Below the pieces are notes generated by a model, which worked only from the letters and a program-made list of their open reading frames with translations, was not told the DNA's origin and did not search any database. From a virus: a stretch of DNA of 64,000 nucleotides. The position numbers and the translations under genes were made by a program. Positions within the stretch are counted from its first letter, which is position 1, and every line of letters starts with the position of its first letter. Location of the stretch: the IMG/VR virus record IMGVR_UViG_3300045988_061855; one strand, written 5' to 3'. Shown piece after piece: positions 33,257 to 40,554 of this stretch.

Positions 33257-33619
33257 ATGAAAAATAATGTAAGGGTGGGAATACTAGAAACCGGTCAAGT
33301 ATTTGATTCTATAACGGCGTGTGCCAATTATATTGGAGGGAATGCAAGACATGCCAGTATTGTGAGTCGGAATCCGAGAATGACTTGCAAAGGCTATCAT
33401 ATAGTTCGAATAGATGAACCAATTCCTGAAATTGATCTATCGAGAAGTTTTGTCGGACGACCTGGAATTCGTGTAAGGATTGTTGAGACAGGCGATGAAT
33501 TCGATTCAATCAAAGAGTGTGCAGAATTTATGAATTGTAGTAGTGGGAGAATACATGATGCTCTTACAGGTTACAATAATATTCATACATATAACGGTTA
33601 TCATTTTACATATGTGTGA
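33257..33619 (+). CDS. Protein of two tandem homing-endonuclease-type DNA-binding modules (NUMOD/IENR-like), no nuclease domain
   Basis: VGILETGQVFDSITACANYIGG..CKGYHIV and VRIVETGDEFDSIKECAEFMNC..YNGYHFTYV. Confidence 0.7.
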   Translation: MKNNVRVGILETGQVFDSITACANYIGGNARHASIVSRNPRMTCKGYHIVRIDEPIPEIDLSRSFVGRPGIRVRIVETGDEFDSIKECAEFMNCSSGRIHDALTGYNNIHTYNGYHFTYV

Positions 33620-33630
33620 TTTATATTTAT

Positions 33631-33668
33631 GGGCTTTAGTGTGACAAACTAAGGCTCTTATTTTTTGC
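33631..33668 (+). terminator. Intrinsic terminator
   Basis: GGGCTTTAGT pairs with ACTAAGGCTC (G.U pairs), then a T-run. Confidence 0.65.
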
Positions 33669-33672
33669 TTAT

Positions 33673-33687
33673 GGTATTAATTATGCG
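33673..33687. repeat. Right arm of perfect 15-bp inverted repeat
   Basis: GGTATTAATTATGCG. Confidence 0.75.
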
Positions 33688-33692
33688 AGCGT

Positions 33693-33713
33693 AAAAAACA
33701 TGCCCTTTTATAG
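33693..33713 (+). promoter_or_regulatory. Early-region box copy (variant heptamer)
   Basis: aaaaaACAtgcccTTTTATAG, with no ORF downstream before a terminator. Confidence 0.55.
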
Positions 33714-33755
33714 GAGAGATAACTAAAAACGCGCTATTTATATTTTTTGGAACGT

Positions 33756-33793
33756 ACTCAGGTGACCTTCGGGCCCTGGGTCTTTTTATTTTT
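33756..33793 (+). terminator. GC-rich intrinsic terminator
   Basis: ACTCAGGTGACC ttcg GGCCCTGGGT, then CTTTTTATTTTT. Confidence 0.65.
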
Positions 33794-33822
33794 GTGACTA
33801 AATAATTGAGAGGAGAATAGTT

Positions 33823-34116
33823 ATGAAAAAAGAAAGTGAATTCCAGGCAAGTCTTAAGAAAGAATTAAAAAAGATGTTTCCTGGATGTATTGTGACCAAA
33901 TTGGATGCTGGTTGCATTCAAGGAATACCAGACCTACTTATTCTGTATGGAAAGCATTGGGCTACACTTGAAAATAAGAGAAGTGCTAATGCAAAGAAAA
34001 GACCTAATCAGGATTTTTATGTCAATAAGATGAATGATATGTCGTTTTCCAGATTTATATATCCAGAGAATAAGGAGGAAGTATTGAATGAACTTCGTAA
34101 AGCATTTGAATCTTGA
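33823..34116 (+). CDS. VRR-NUC-type nuclease
   Basis: ...GIPDLLILYGKHWATLENKR...NQDFYVNKMN fits the PD-(D/E)xK / VRR-NUC pattern. Confidence 0.8.
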   Translation: MKKESEFQASLKKELKKMFPGCIVTKLDAGCIQGIPDLLILYGKHWATLENKRSANAKKRPNQDFYVNKMNDMSFSRFIYPENKEEVLNELRKAFES

Positions 34117-34642
34117 AGGATTGCATGCACCATTTAGTGCAAGTCAATCGGCATGGCTGCGATATTCTGATGATAAAGCAATTGCTGTTTATAGAAAAAA
34201 GAAAGCAGCAGAGATGGGAACCAGACTTCATGCATGGGCTAAAGACACAATTGATCTAGGTATCAAGCAGGCAAGGAGCAATAAAACACTATGTGCATAT
34301 GTCAATGATGCAATTGGTTTTAGAATGGACACTGAAGTAGTTTTATATTATTCAGATTATTTCTTTGGAACAGCAGATGCTATATCTTTTAATAAAAATG
34401 TATTGAGAATACATGATTTAAAAACTGGCGATTCAGGACATATGGAACAGCTTATGGTTTATGCTGCGTTGTTCTGTTTGGAATACAGAGTGAAGCCTGG
34501 TGATATTAGGATAGAGCTTCGTCTTTATAAAAATGATGAGGTCGAAGTATTTAATCCTACAGCAGAAGATATTTTACCAATCATGGATAAGATTGTTAGT
34601 CTTAATAAAATTATGGAAGAAATTGACGAGGGGGTAAGATAA
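34088..34642 (+). CDS. PD-(D/E)xK family nuclease (Cas4/RecB-like fold)
   Basis: ...FFGTADAISFNKNVLRIHDLKTGDSGHMEQLMVYAALF... fits the D...D/ExK...Q..Y pattern. Confidence 0.7.
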   Translation: MNFVKHLNLEGLHAPFSASQSAWLRYSDDKAIAVYRKKKAAEMGTRLHAWAKDTIDLGIKQARSNKTLCAYVNDAIGFRMDTEVVLYYSDYFFGTADAISFNKNVLRIHDLKTGDSGHMEQLMVYAALFCLEYRVKPGDIRIELRLYKNDEVEVFNPTAEDILPIMDKIVSLNKIMEEIDEGVR

Positions 34643-34643
34643 T

Positions 34644-37535
34644 ATGAATTCAGTAGCAGAAGAGATTCTTTCCTATATTGGAAGTCAAGCATTCAGCGAA
34701 GAAGAATTTCTTGCTCATTATGGAATGCCTCGTCGAAGTGGAAGATATCCATGGGGCTCGGGAGAGGAGCCATTTCAACATAGTGGAGATTTCTTATCAA
34801 GAGTTGAAGAGATGAGAAAATCTAAGTTTACTTATACTGATGAAGATGGCGTAAAATGGACTGGTGACAATGCAATAGCTAAATCTCTTGGGTACACTTC
34901 AAGTGATTTTAGAACTGTATGTGCCATCGCTAATAATGAGCGTAGGGCTGTAAAAGTTGCCGCCGCTAAAGCATTAAAAGAAAAAGGATTTAATGCAACT
35001 GAAATTGGTAGGCAGATGGGAATTAACGAATCGTCTGTTAGGTCTTTACTCGATGAAAAAGCAGAAGAGAGAATGAACCAGGCTAGAGCAACTGCTGATT
35101 TTTTAAAGGAACAAGTTGATAAAAAGAAAATGATAGATGTTGGTTCAAAAGCCAACCTTGAATTAAATGTTTCTAAAGAGAAAATGGATCAGGCTCTTTA
35201 TATGTTGCAGGCAGAAGGTGGTTATGAAATCTGGGGAAATAGATTTCCACAGGCAACTAATAAAGGACAGTTGACAACTCAGAAGGTTCTGTGTGTTCCT
35301 GGAACACCACACAGTGCCATATATGATTTTGGTAAGGTTCAGACTATTGGCGATTATATTACTAGAGACGATGGAAAAACATTTGAAAAGAAGTTTCATT
35401 ATCCTGAGAGTTTGAACTCTAAGCGTCTTGAAATCTGTTATGCAGAAGATGGGGGTATAAAGAAAGATGGTCTTATTGAACTTAGAAGGAATGTCCCAGA
35501 TCTTTCATTAGGAGAGTCTCGATATTCTCAGGTTCGTATTATGGTGGATGGTAAGAAATACATAAAAGGAATGGCAGTATATGCTGATGATTTACCAGAA
35601 GGCATAGACGTTAGATTTAACACCAATAAATCAAATAAATTATCTAAGCTGGAATGTCTCAAGGATGTTAAGAGCGACCCAGACAATCCTTTTGGAGCCC
35701 TCATCAAAGAAGAAGGCGGACAGTATTGGTATACAGATTCAAAGGGTAAAAAGAAGCTTGGATTAATTAATAAAACAAGAGAAGAAGGAGAATGGGAAGA
35801 ATGGAAAGATTCTTTACCATCTCAGTTCTTGTCAAAACAGAATAAGGTATTAGCTGAGAAACAGCTAGGAATTGCCAAGGCAGATAAGCAGTCTGAGTTT
35901 GATGACATAATGGCATTGAACAATCCTACTATTAAAAAATATTATCTTGATAAATTTGCATCATCATGCGACTCAGCAGCAGTGCATTTACAGGCAGCTG
36001 CGTTGCCAGGTCAGAAGTATCACGTAATATTACCATTAACTACAATGAGTGATAGAGAAGCTTATGCTCCTGATTATGCTGATGGAACTAAACTTGCATT
36101 GGTAAGATTCCCACATGGTGGAACATTTGAAATACCTATAGTTACTGTTAATAATAGAAATAAAGAAGCTATTAAGATGATTGGTAAGTCTTCAACAGAT
36201 GCCATAGGTATTAACGCTAATGTCGCAGGAAGATTATCGGGTGCAGATTTTGATGGCGATACTGTTATGTGTATTCCAACCCATGATAGGGGCGGAAAAG
36301 TAAAAATTACATCTACTCCAGAATTAAAAGACTTAGAGGGATTTGATCCTAAGCTTAATTATGGTGGCGAATGTAGAAAAGATAGTGATGGTAAAGAACA
36401 TTATTATCGTAATGGTAGAGAGTATCGCCTGATGACAAAGACCGATACTGAGATGGGAAAAATTTCTAATCTTATTACTGATATGACCCTGATAGGTGCA
36501 ACTGAAGATGAGCTTGCAAGAGCAGTAAAACATTCAATGGTTGTTATCGATGCAGAGAAACATCATCTGGATTATAAGCAGAGTGAGCTTGATAATAACA
36601 TTGTTGCACTTAAGAAGAAGTATCAGGGGAAAGCTCAAGGCGGAGCAGCTACAATTATCTCACAATCAAAAGGTGAGTATGATGTAGATAAAAGACAGGG
36701 TACTCCTCGTACTAATCTTAAGCGTAACGAGTATAAGAATAATCCAGAAAAGGGAGACATTTGGTATGACCCAAGTCGACCTGAAGGTGCCCTTCTCTAC
36801 AAGAAAGCTGACGATGCTGACTATCAGATAACCAAGGTTGATAAGAGAACTGGTGAGGTAACCACTATTACTAAAACCCGCCAACAGAAGAGTACTAAGA
36901 TGGCCGAGACAGATGATGCCAATACACTGGTATCTACTCATCGCCATCCTATGGAATTAGTGTATGCTGATTATGCTAATGCAATGAAAGATATGGCTAA
37001 CAAGGCTAGAATTGCTATAGCAGATGCAGGTAAGGTTGCATACAGTAGGGAGGCTAAGAGTAAGTATGAGGTGGAGGTAAAATCTCTTTTAGAAAAACTT
37101 AATAATGCTGAAAAGAATGCCGTTAGAGAGAGAGCCGCACAGAGAATTGCTAATGCCAACATAAATGAGAAATTAGAAGCTAATCCTGACATGAAAGCTA
37201 AAGATAAAAAGAAAGTTTCTCAGCAGGCTTTAAGTAAGGCAAGACTTGAAGTTGGTTCTGTTAAGAGACGAGATAGAAACATAGTAATCACTGATAATGA
37301 ATGGGAAGCTATTCAGGCAGGTGCTGTGAGTGAAACGATTCTTAAACGAATACTGAATAATTCAGACCCAGATTCGTTGAGAGCAAAGGCAATGCCTAAA
37401 GAATCATCAGCATTATCAGATGCTAAGATAGCCAGAATTAAAGCTATGTCTGCTTCATACACAATTGCACAGATAGCTGATAAACTTGGCTATTCAACAT
37501 CAACAATTTCTAAAGCTTTGAAAGGAGGAAATTAA
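34644..37535 (+). CDS. Candidate single-chain two-barrel RNA polymerase (beta-like + beta-prime-like DPBB) with flanking HTH-like segments
   Basis: DGKKYIKGMAVYADDLPEGIDVRFNTN (about 35553-35627) compares with the beta-subunit GDKMAGRHGNKGV..EDMP..G.PVDIVLNP. LVRFPHGG...AIGINANVAGRLSGADFDGDTVMCIP (DFDGD at 36246-36260) compares with the beta-prime [10 protein letters not shown]...[26 protein letters not shown]. Confidence 0.6.
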   Translation: MNSVAEEILSYIGSQAFSEEEFLAHYGMPRRSGRYPWGSGEEPFQHSGDFLSRVEEMRKSKFTYTDEDGVKWTGDNAIAKSLGYTSSDFRTVCAIANNERRAVKVAAAKALKEKGFNATEIGRQMGINESSVRSLLDEKAEERMNQARATADFLKEQVDKKKMIDVGSKANLELNVSKEKMDQALYMLQAEGGYEIWGNRFPQATNKGQLTTQKVLCVPGTPHSAIYDFGKVQTIGDYITRDDGKTFEKKFHYPESLNSKRLEICYAEDGGIKKDGLIELRRNVPDLSLGESRYSQVRIMVDGKKYIKGMAVYADDLPEGIDVRFNTNKSNKLSKLECLKDVKSDPDNPFGALIKEEGGQYWYTDSKGKKKLGLINKTREEGEWEEWKDSLPSQFLSKQNKVLAEKQLGIAKADKQSEFDDIMALNNPTIKKYYLDKFASSCDSAAVHLQAAALPGQKYHVILPLTTMSDREAYAPDYADGTKLALVRFPHGGTFEIPIVTVNNRNKEAIKMIGKSSTDAIGINANVAGRLSGADFDGDTVMCIPTHDRGGKVKITSTPELKDLEGFDPKLNYGGECRKDSDGKEHYYRNGREYRLMTKTDTEMGKISNLITDMTLIGATEDELARAVKHSMVVIDAEKHHLDYKQSELDNNIVALKKKYQGKAQGGAATIISQSKGEYDVDKRQGTPRTNLKRNEYKNNPEKGDIWYDPSRPEGALLYKKADDADYQITKVDKRTGEVTTITKTRQQKSTKMAETDDANTLVSTHRHPMELVYADYANAMKDMANKARIAIADAGKVAYSREAKSKYEVEVKSLLEKLNNAEKNAVRERAAQRIANANINEKLEANPDMKAKDKKKVSQQALSKARLEVGSVKRRDRNIVITDNEWEAIQAGAVSETILKRILNNSDPDSLRAKAMPKESSALSDAKIARIKAMSASYTIAQIADKLGYSTSTISKALKGGN

Positions 37536-37537
37536 GC

Positions 37538-37810
37538 ATGACTAAAGTATCTAATGATTGTAGATTGACTACATTTGACAATCCTTACAATCCATTTACA
37601 CAGTTTGCTGAATGGTTGTTGTTTGACAATTCAAAAGATTACTTTACATTAAACAAACTTGCTAGAATTGAACAAGTTGATGAAAGTATGTCTGAGAATG
37701 AAATAAACATTGAACATGAAAGAGCAATTGATGAAATTATACAGAACGATTTCCTCAACATCTATAAAAAAGTGTACAGAAATGAAGAAATAAATGAACA
37801 GATCGCATGA
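37538..37810 (+). CDS. Hypothetical protein, 90 aa
   Basis: AAAGGAGG RBS. TFDNPYNPFTQFAEWLLFD motif, recalled from other Bacillota phages; function unknown. Confidence 0.65.
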   Translation: MTKVSNDCRLTTFDNPYNPFTQFAEWLLFDNSKDYFTLNKLARIEQVDESMSENEINIEHERAIDEIIQNDFLNIYKKVYRNEEINEQIA

Positions 37811-37828
37811 TATATGTGTAAAAGCATA

Positions 37829-37858
37829 GAGGGGGGTCTAAAAAATTAACACCCCCTC
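37829..37858 (+). other. G/C-rich hairpin in the packaging-proximal non-coding region
   Basis: GAGGGGGGT (37829-37) pairs with ACCCCCTC (37851-58), conspicuous in AT-rich surroundings. Confidence 0.6.
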
Positions 37859-37922
37859 CCATCATCGCGCCGGTCTTTATATTTTCCCCGGAGGGAATTT
37901 TCGAAAAAGCAAATCCATTTTT

Positions 37923-38060
37923 TAGACAGCATTTAAACGAACCTATAATATTTAAAGCACTTAGTACAAGTTGTAAGTCACCTCTCGATTATATTTTATT
38001 GCGCCATGATGTAAATTCTCCTTTCTTTGGGTATTATAGGTTCTTTTAAGTGCTGTCTTA
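37923..38060. repeat. Long imperfect inverted repeat (about 28-bp arms) upstream of the terminase genes
   Basis: TAGACAGCATTTAAACGAACCTATAATA (37923-50) versus TATTATAGGTTCTTTTAAGTGCTGTCTTA (38032-60). Confidence 0.65.
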
Positions 38061-38115
38061 TTCTTTATAAAGACTACAAAACTAACAGAGAAATACAAGA
38101 AAGGAGGCGGTAAGG

Positions 38116-38439
38116 ATGCCTAAAGTCAAGAATTCTGGTACTCAAAGAAGAATGCGTCCGGCATTAACACCAGAAGCACGAGAAAATCAGCTCATTTCTT
38201 TAGCTGTAGACCTTGCCGAAAAGCAGTTAAGAGAGGGAACAGCTTCATCTCAGGTAATTACGCATTATTTGAAAATGGGTTCACCAAGTGAACGGCTCAA
38301 AAGAGAACAGATGGAAGAAGAGAACGAGTTGCTCAAAGCAAAAACTAAAGCTATCAGAGAGTCAGGAGACATGTCTGTAATGTATGAAAAAGCTATAAAG
38401 GCAATGCAGTCGTATTCTGGAAAGGATGAAGATGAGTAG
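38116..38439 (+). CDS. Putative terminase small subunit
   Basis: First gene of the late block. ...ENQLISLAVDLAEKQLREGTASSQVITHYLKMGS... resembles small-terminase-annotated proteins I recall. Tentative. Confidence 0.5.
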   Translation: MPKVKNSGTQRRMRPALTPEARENQLISLAVDLAEKQLREGTASSQVITHYLKMGSPSERLKREQMEEENELLKAKTKAIRESGDMSVMYEKAIKAMQSYSGKDEDE

Positions 38440-38851
38440 GATTCTTTCATATTCAGAGTTAATTACTATTCCATCTTTTGAGGAGCGATTTGAGTATCTC
38501 AATCTTAATGGTAGAGTTGGAGATGCAACATTTGGGTGTGATAGATATTTGAATCAGGCATTTTATAAGTCTAAAGGGTGGTTGCGTGTAAGAGATGATA
38601 TAATTATACGAGATAACGGATGCGATTTAGCGTTTCCTGGTAGAGATATTGATGGACAGATATTGATTCATCATCTTAATCCAATAACAAAATATGATGT
38701 GATTAATCATACCAGAAAATTGTTAGACCCAGAAAATCTTGTATGTACAATTAAACAGACTCATGATGCGATTCACTATGGTGATGAGCGGTTACTTATA
38801 AAAAATCCGATAGAACGAAAAATAAATGACACATGTCCTTGGAAACATTAA
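38426..38851 (+). CDS. HNH endonuclease
   Basis: ...GQILIHHLNPITKYDVINH...NLVCTIKQTHDAIHYG (H-N-H); positioned next to the terminase genes. Confidence 0.85.
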   Translation: MKMSRILSYSELITIPSFEERFEYLNLNGRVGDATFGCDRYLNQAFYKSKGWLRVRDDIIIRDNGCDLAFPGRDIDGQILIHHLNPITKYDVINHTRKLLDPENLVCTIKQTHDAIHYGDERLLIKNPIERKINDTCPWKH

Positions 38852-38861
38852 CGGAGGAGAT

Positions 38862-39203
38862 ATGACAGATAGTATATTAAACTCAATCAAAGGATCGCTA
38901 TATATAGATGAATCTGAAAAAGGATTTGATAGCGACATAATTATGCATATCAATTCTGTATTTATGGTGCTTAATCAGCTTGGTGTCGGTCCAGATGAAG
39001 GATTCACAATAAGCGATGATTCGGCAACATGGTCAGATTTTCTTGGCGAAGATAAATCATTAGAAGGTGTAAAGACCTATGTTTATATGAAGGTTAGAAT
39101 GATTTTTGACCCGCCGACTAGCAGCTCAGTAATGGATTCTATGAAGCGGTCAATTGATGAACTTGAATGGCGATTGAATATCGCCGTATCAAATAAAAAG
39201 TAG
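38862..39203 (+). CDS. Hypothetical structural-module protein (possibly head-tail connector-like)
   Basis: ATG behind ACGGAGGAG; the call rests on position only. Confidence 0.6.
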   Translation: MTDSILNSIKGSLYIDESEKGFDSDIIMHINSVFMVLNQLGVGPDEGFTISDDSATWSDFLGEDKSLEGVKTYVYMKVRMIFDPPTSSSVMDSMKRSIDELEWRLNIAVSNKK

Positions 39204-39212
39204 AGGGCAATT

Positions 39213-39746
39213 ATGGAACAGAATGAATTAATGCATTACGGAGTTATGGGAATGAAATGGGGTATTAGAAGAGCCGCTTCCAAGAGTTCCCAAAACAATA
39301 AATTAGAATTGAAAGCCTTGAAATATGATAAGAAAGCAGCAATCCAATCAAAAAAATCAGAAAATGCACATTCTAAGAATGATCTTGGTACAGCGAATAA
39401 GAAGGCTAAAAAAGCAAACGAATATTTGAAGAAAGCTGCTAAATTACAGACTAAAGCATTAAAAACAGACAATGACATAAAGCGAAGTAATTTAGAGAAA
39501 AAAGCGGAAACCCTAAAGTATAAATCAGCAAAAAAAAACATAGACGCAGACAGGATTTCAAAACTAACTGGATATGGTTATAAGGCTATGCAGTATTCTG
39601 TTAAATCAGATAAATTTAAAAAGAAAGCAGCAAAAGCACGAATGATGATTTCCAGTAATAACAGATACATTACAATGATGAATCATCGTGTTAGTACGTT
39701 GCCAAAAGATAAACAGGAATTAGCGATGAAGTACCTGGGTAAATAG
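39213..39746 (+). CDS. Lys-rich protein with N-terminal HYGVxGMKWG motif
   Basis: ELMHYGVMGMKWGIRRA, then a K/A-rich helical body. Confidence 0.7.
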   Translation: MEQNELMHYGVMGMKWGIRRAASKSSQNNKLELKALKYDKKAAIQSKKSENAHSKNDLGTANKKAKKANEYLKKAAKLQTKALKTDNDIKRSNLEKKAETLKYKSAKKNIDADRISKLTGYGYKAMQYSVKSDKFKKKAAKARMMISSNNRYITMMNHRVSTLPKDKQELAMKYLGK

Positions 39747-39756
39747 GAGGCTCAAA

Positions 39757-40545
39757 ATGGAAAACGAATTATACCATCATGGCGTCCTAGGTCAGAAATG
39801 GGGCGTAAGAAGATACCAGAATAAAGATGGAAGTCTTACTATGGCTGGAAAGAAGCGTGCATTGCGAATCCAGAACGACTATACAGAACTTACTAATAAT
39901 AAGAAGTATAGAGACCGTAATGGTAATATGACATATGCTGGTCGTAAAAAGGCTCTTGCTTTACAGAATGAATATACAAATGTTACTGGTAAAAAACACC
40001 TTATAGCATTTAATAACAAGACTGGTGCAGGCAAGCAGACTCATCAGAAGAGCGTTAGTGAGATGAGTAATCAGGAATTGCAGGCAAAGGTTGATAGACT
40101 TCGATTAGAGAAGCAATTAAAAGACCTTACGCCAGAACATAAAACAGCTGGTCAGAAATTTGTCGACTTTGTCAAGGATACATCAATGTCCATAATTAAG
40201 GATAAGGGAACTAGAATACTTGGTGATTATGTCGATAAGCAGGTTCGAGATGCTATAGGACTTAATAAGAAAGACCCATTAACCAAGTCTCAGAAACTTG
40301 CTCAGGATGCCAAAGATGCGGCAAACAAGAAAGTAATTGCTCAGGTTGAAGATTACTTTAAAGAGCGAGATAAAGGCAAGAATACAGCAACTGAGACTAA
40401 GAAAGATTCTGGATATACTATGACAGAAGCTCAGAAGAAAGAACATGATGCATTATTTGGTAATCATGAAACAAAAACTGAATCAGATGCTGAAAAGCGC
40501 AAAAGAGAACATGACCGATTGTTCTCAGGAAGATATGTAGATTAA
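39757..40545 (+). CDS. Lys-rich protein with N-terminal HHGVLGQKWG motif
   Basis: ELYHHGVLGQKWGVRRYQNKDGSLT, followed by repeated ...(M/Y)AG(K/R)K(R/K)AL..QN(D/E)YT... units. Confidence 0.7.
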   Translation: MENELYHHGVLGQKWGVRRYQNKDGSLTMAGKKRALRIQNDYTELTNNKKYRDRNGNMTYAGRKKALALQNEYTNVTGKKHLIAFNNKTGAGKQTHQKSVSEMSNQELQAKVDRLRLEKQLKDLTPEHKTAGQKFVDFVKDTSMSIIKDKGTRILGDYVDKQVRDAIGLNKKDPLTKSQKLAQDAKDAANKKVIAQVEDYFKERDKGKNTATETKKDSGYTMTEAQKKEHDALFGNHETKTESDAEKRKREHDRLFSGRYVD

Positions 40546-40554
40546 GGAGAATAT

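Noticed and set aside
3158-33713. Reading the TNTWATG heptamer of the box as an ordinary sigma-A -10 element
   Set aside because: No -35 lies at 16-18 nt (the ACA half is only 5 nt away). A start ~7 nt downstream would fall inside or beyond the RBS in at least six copies.
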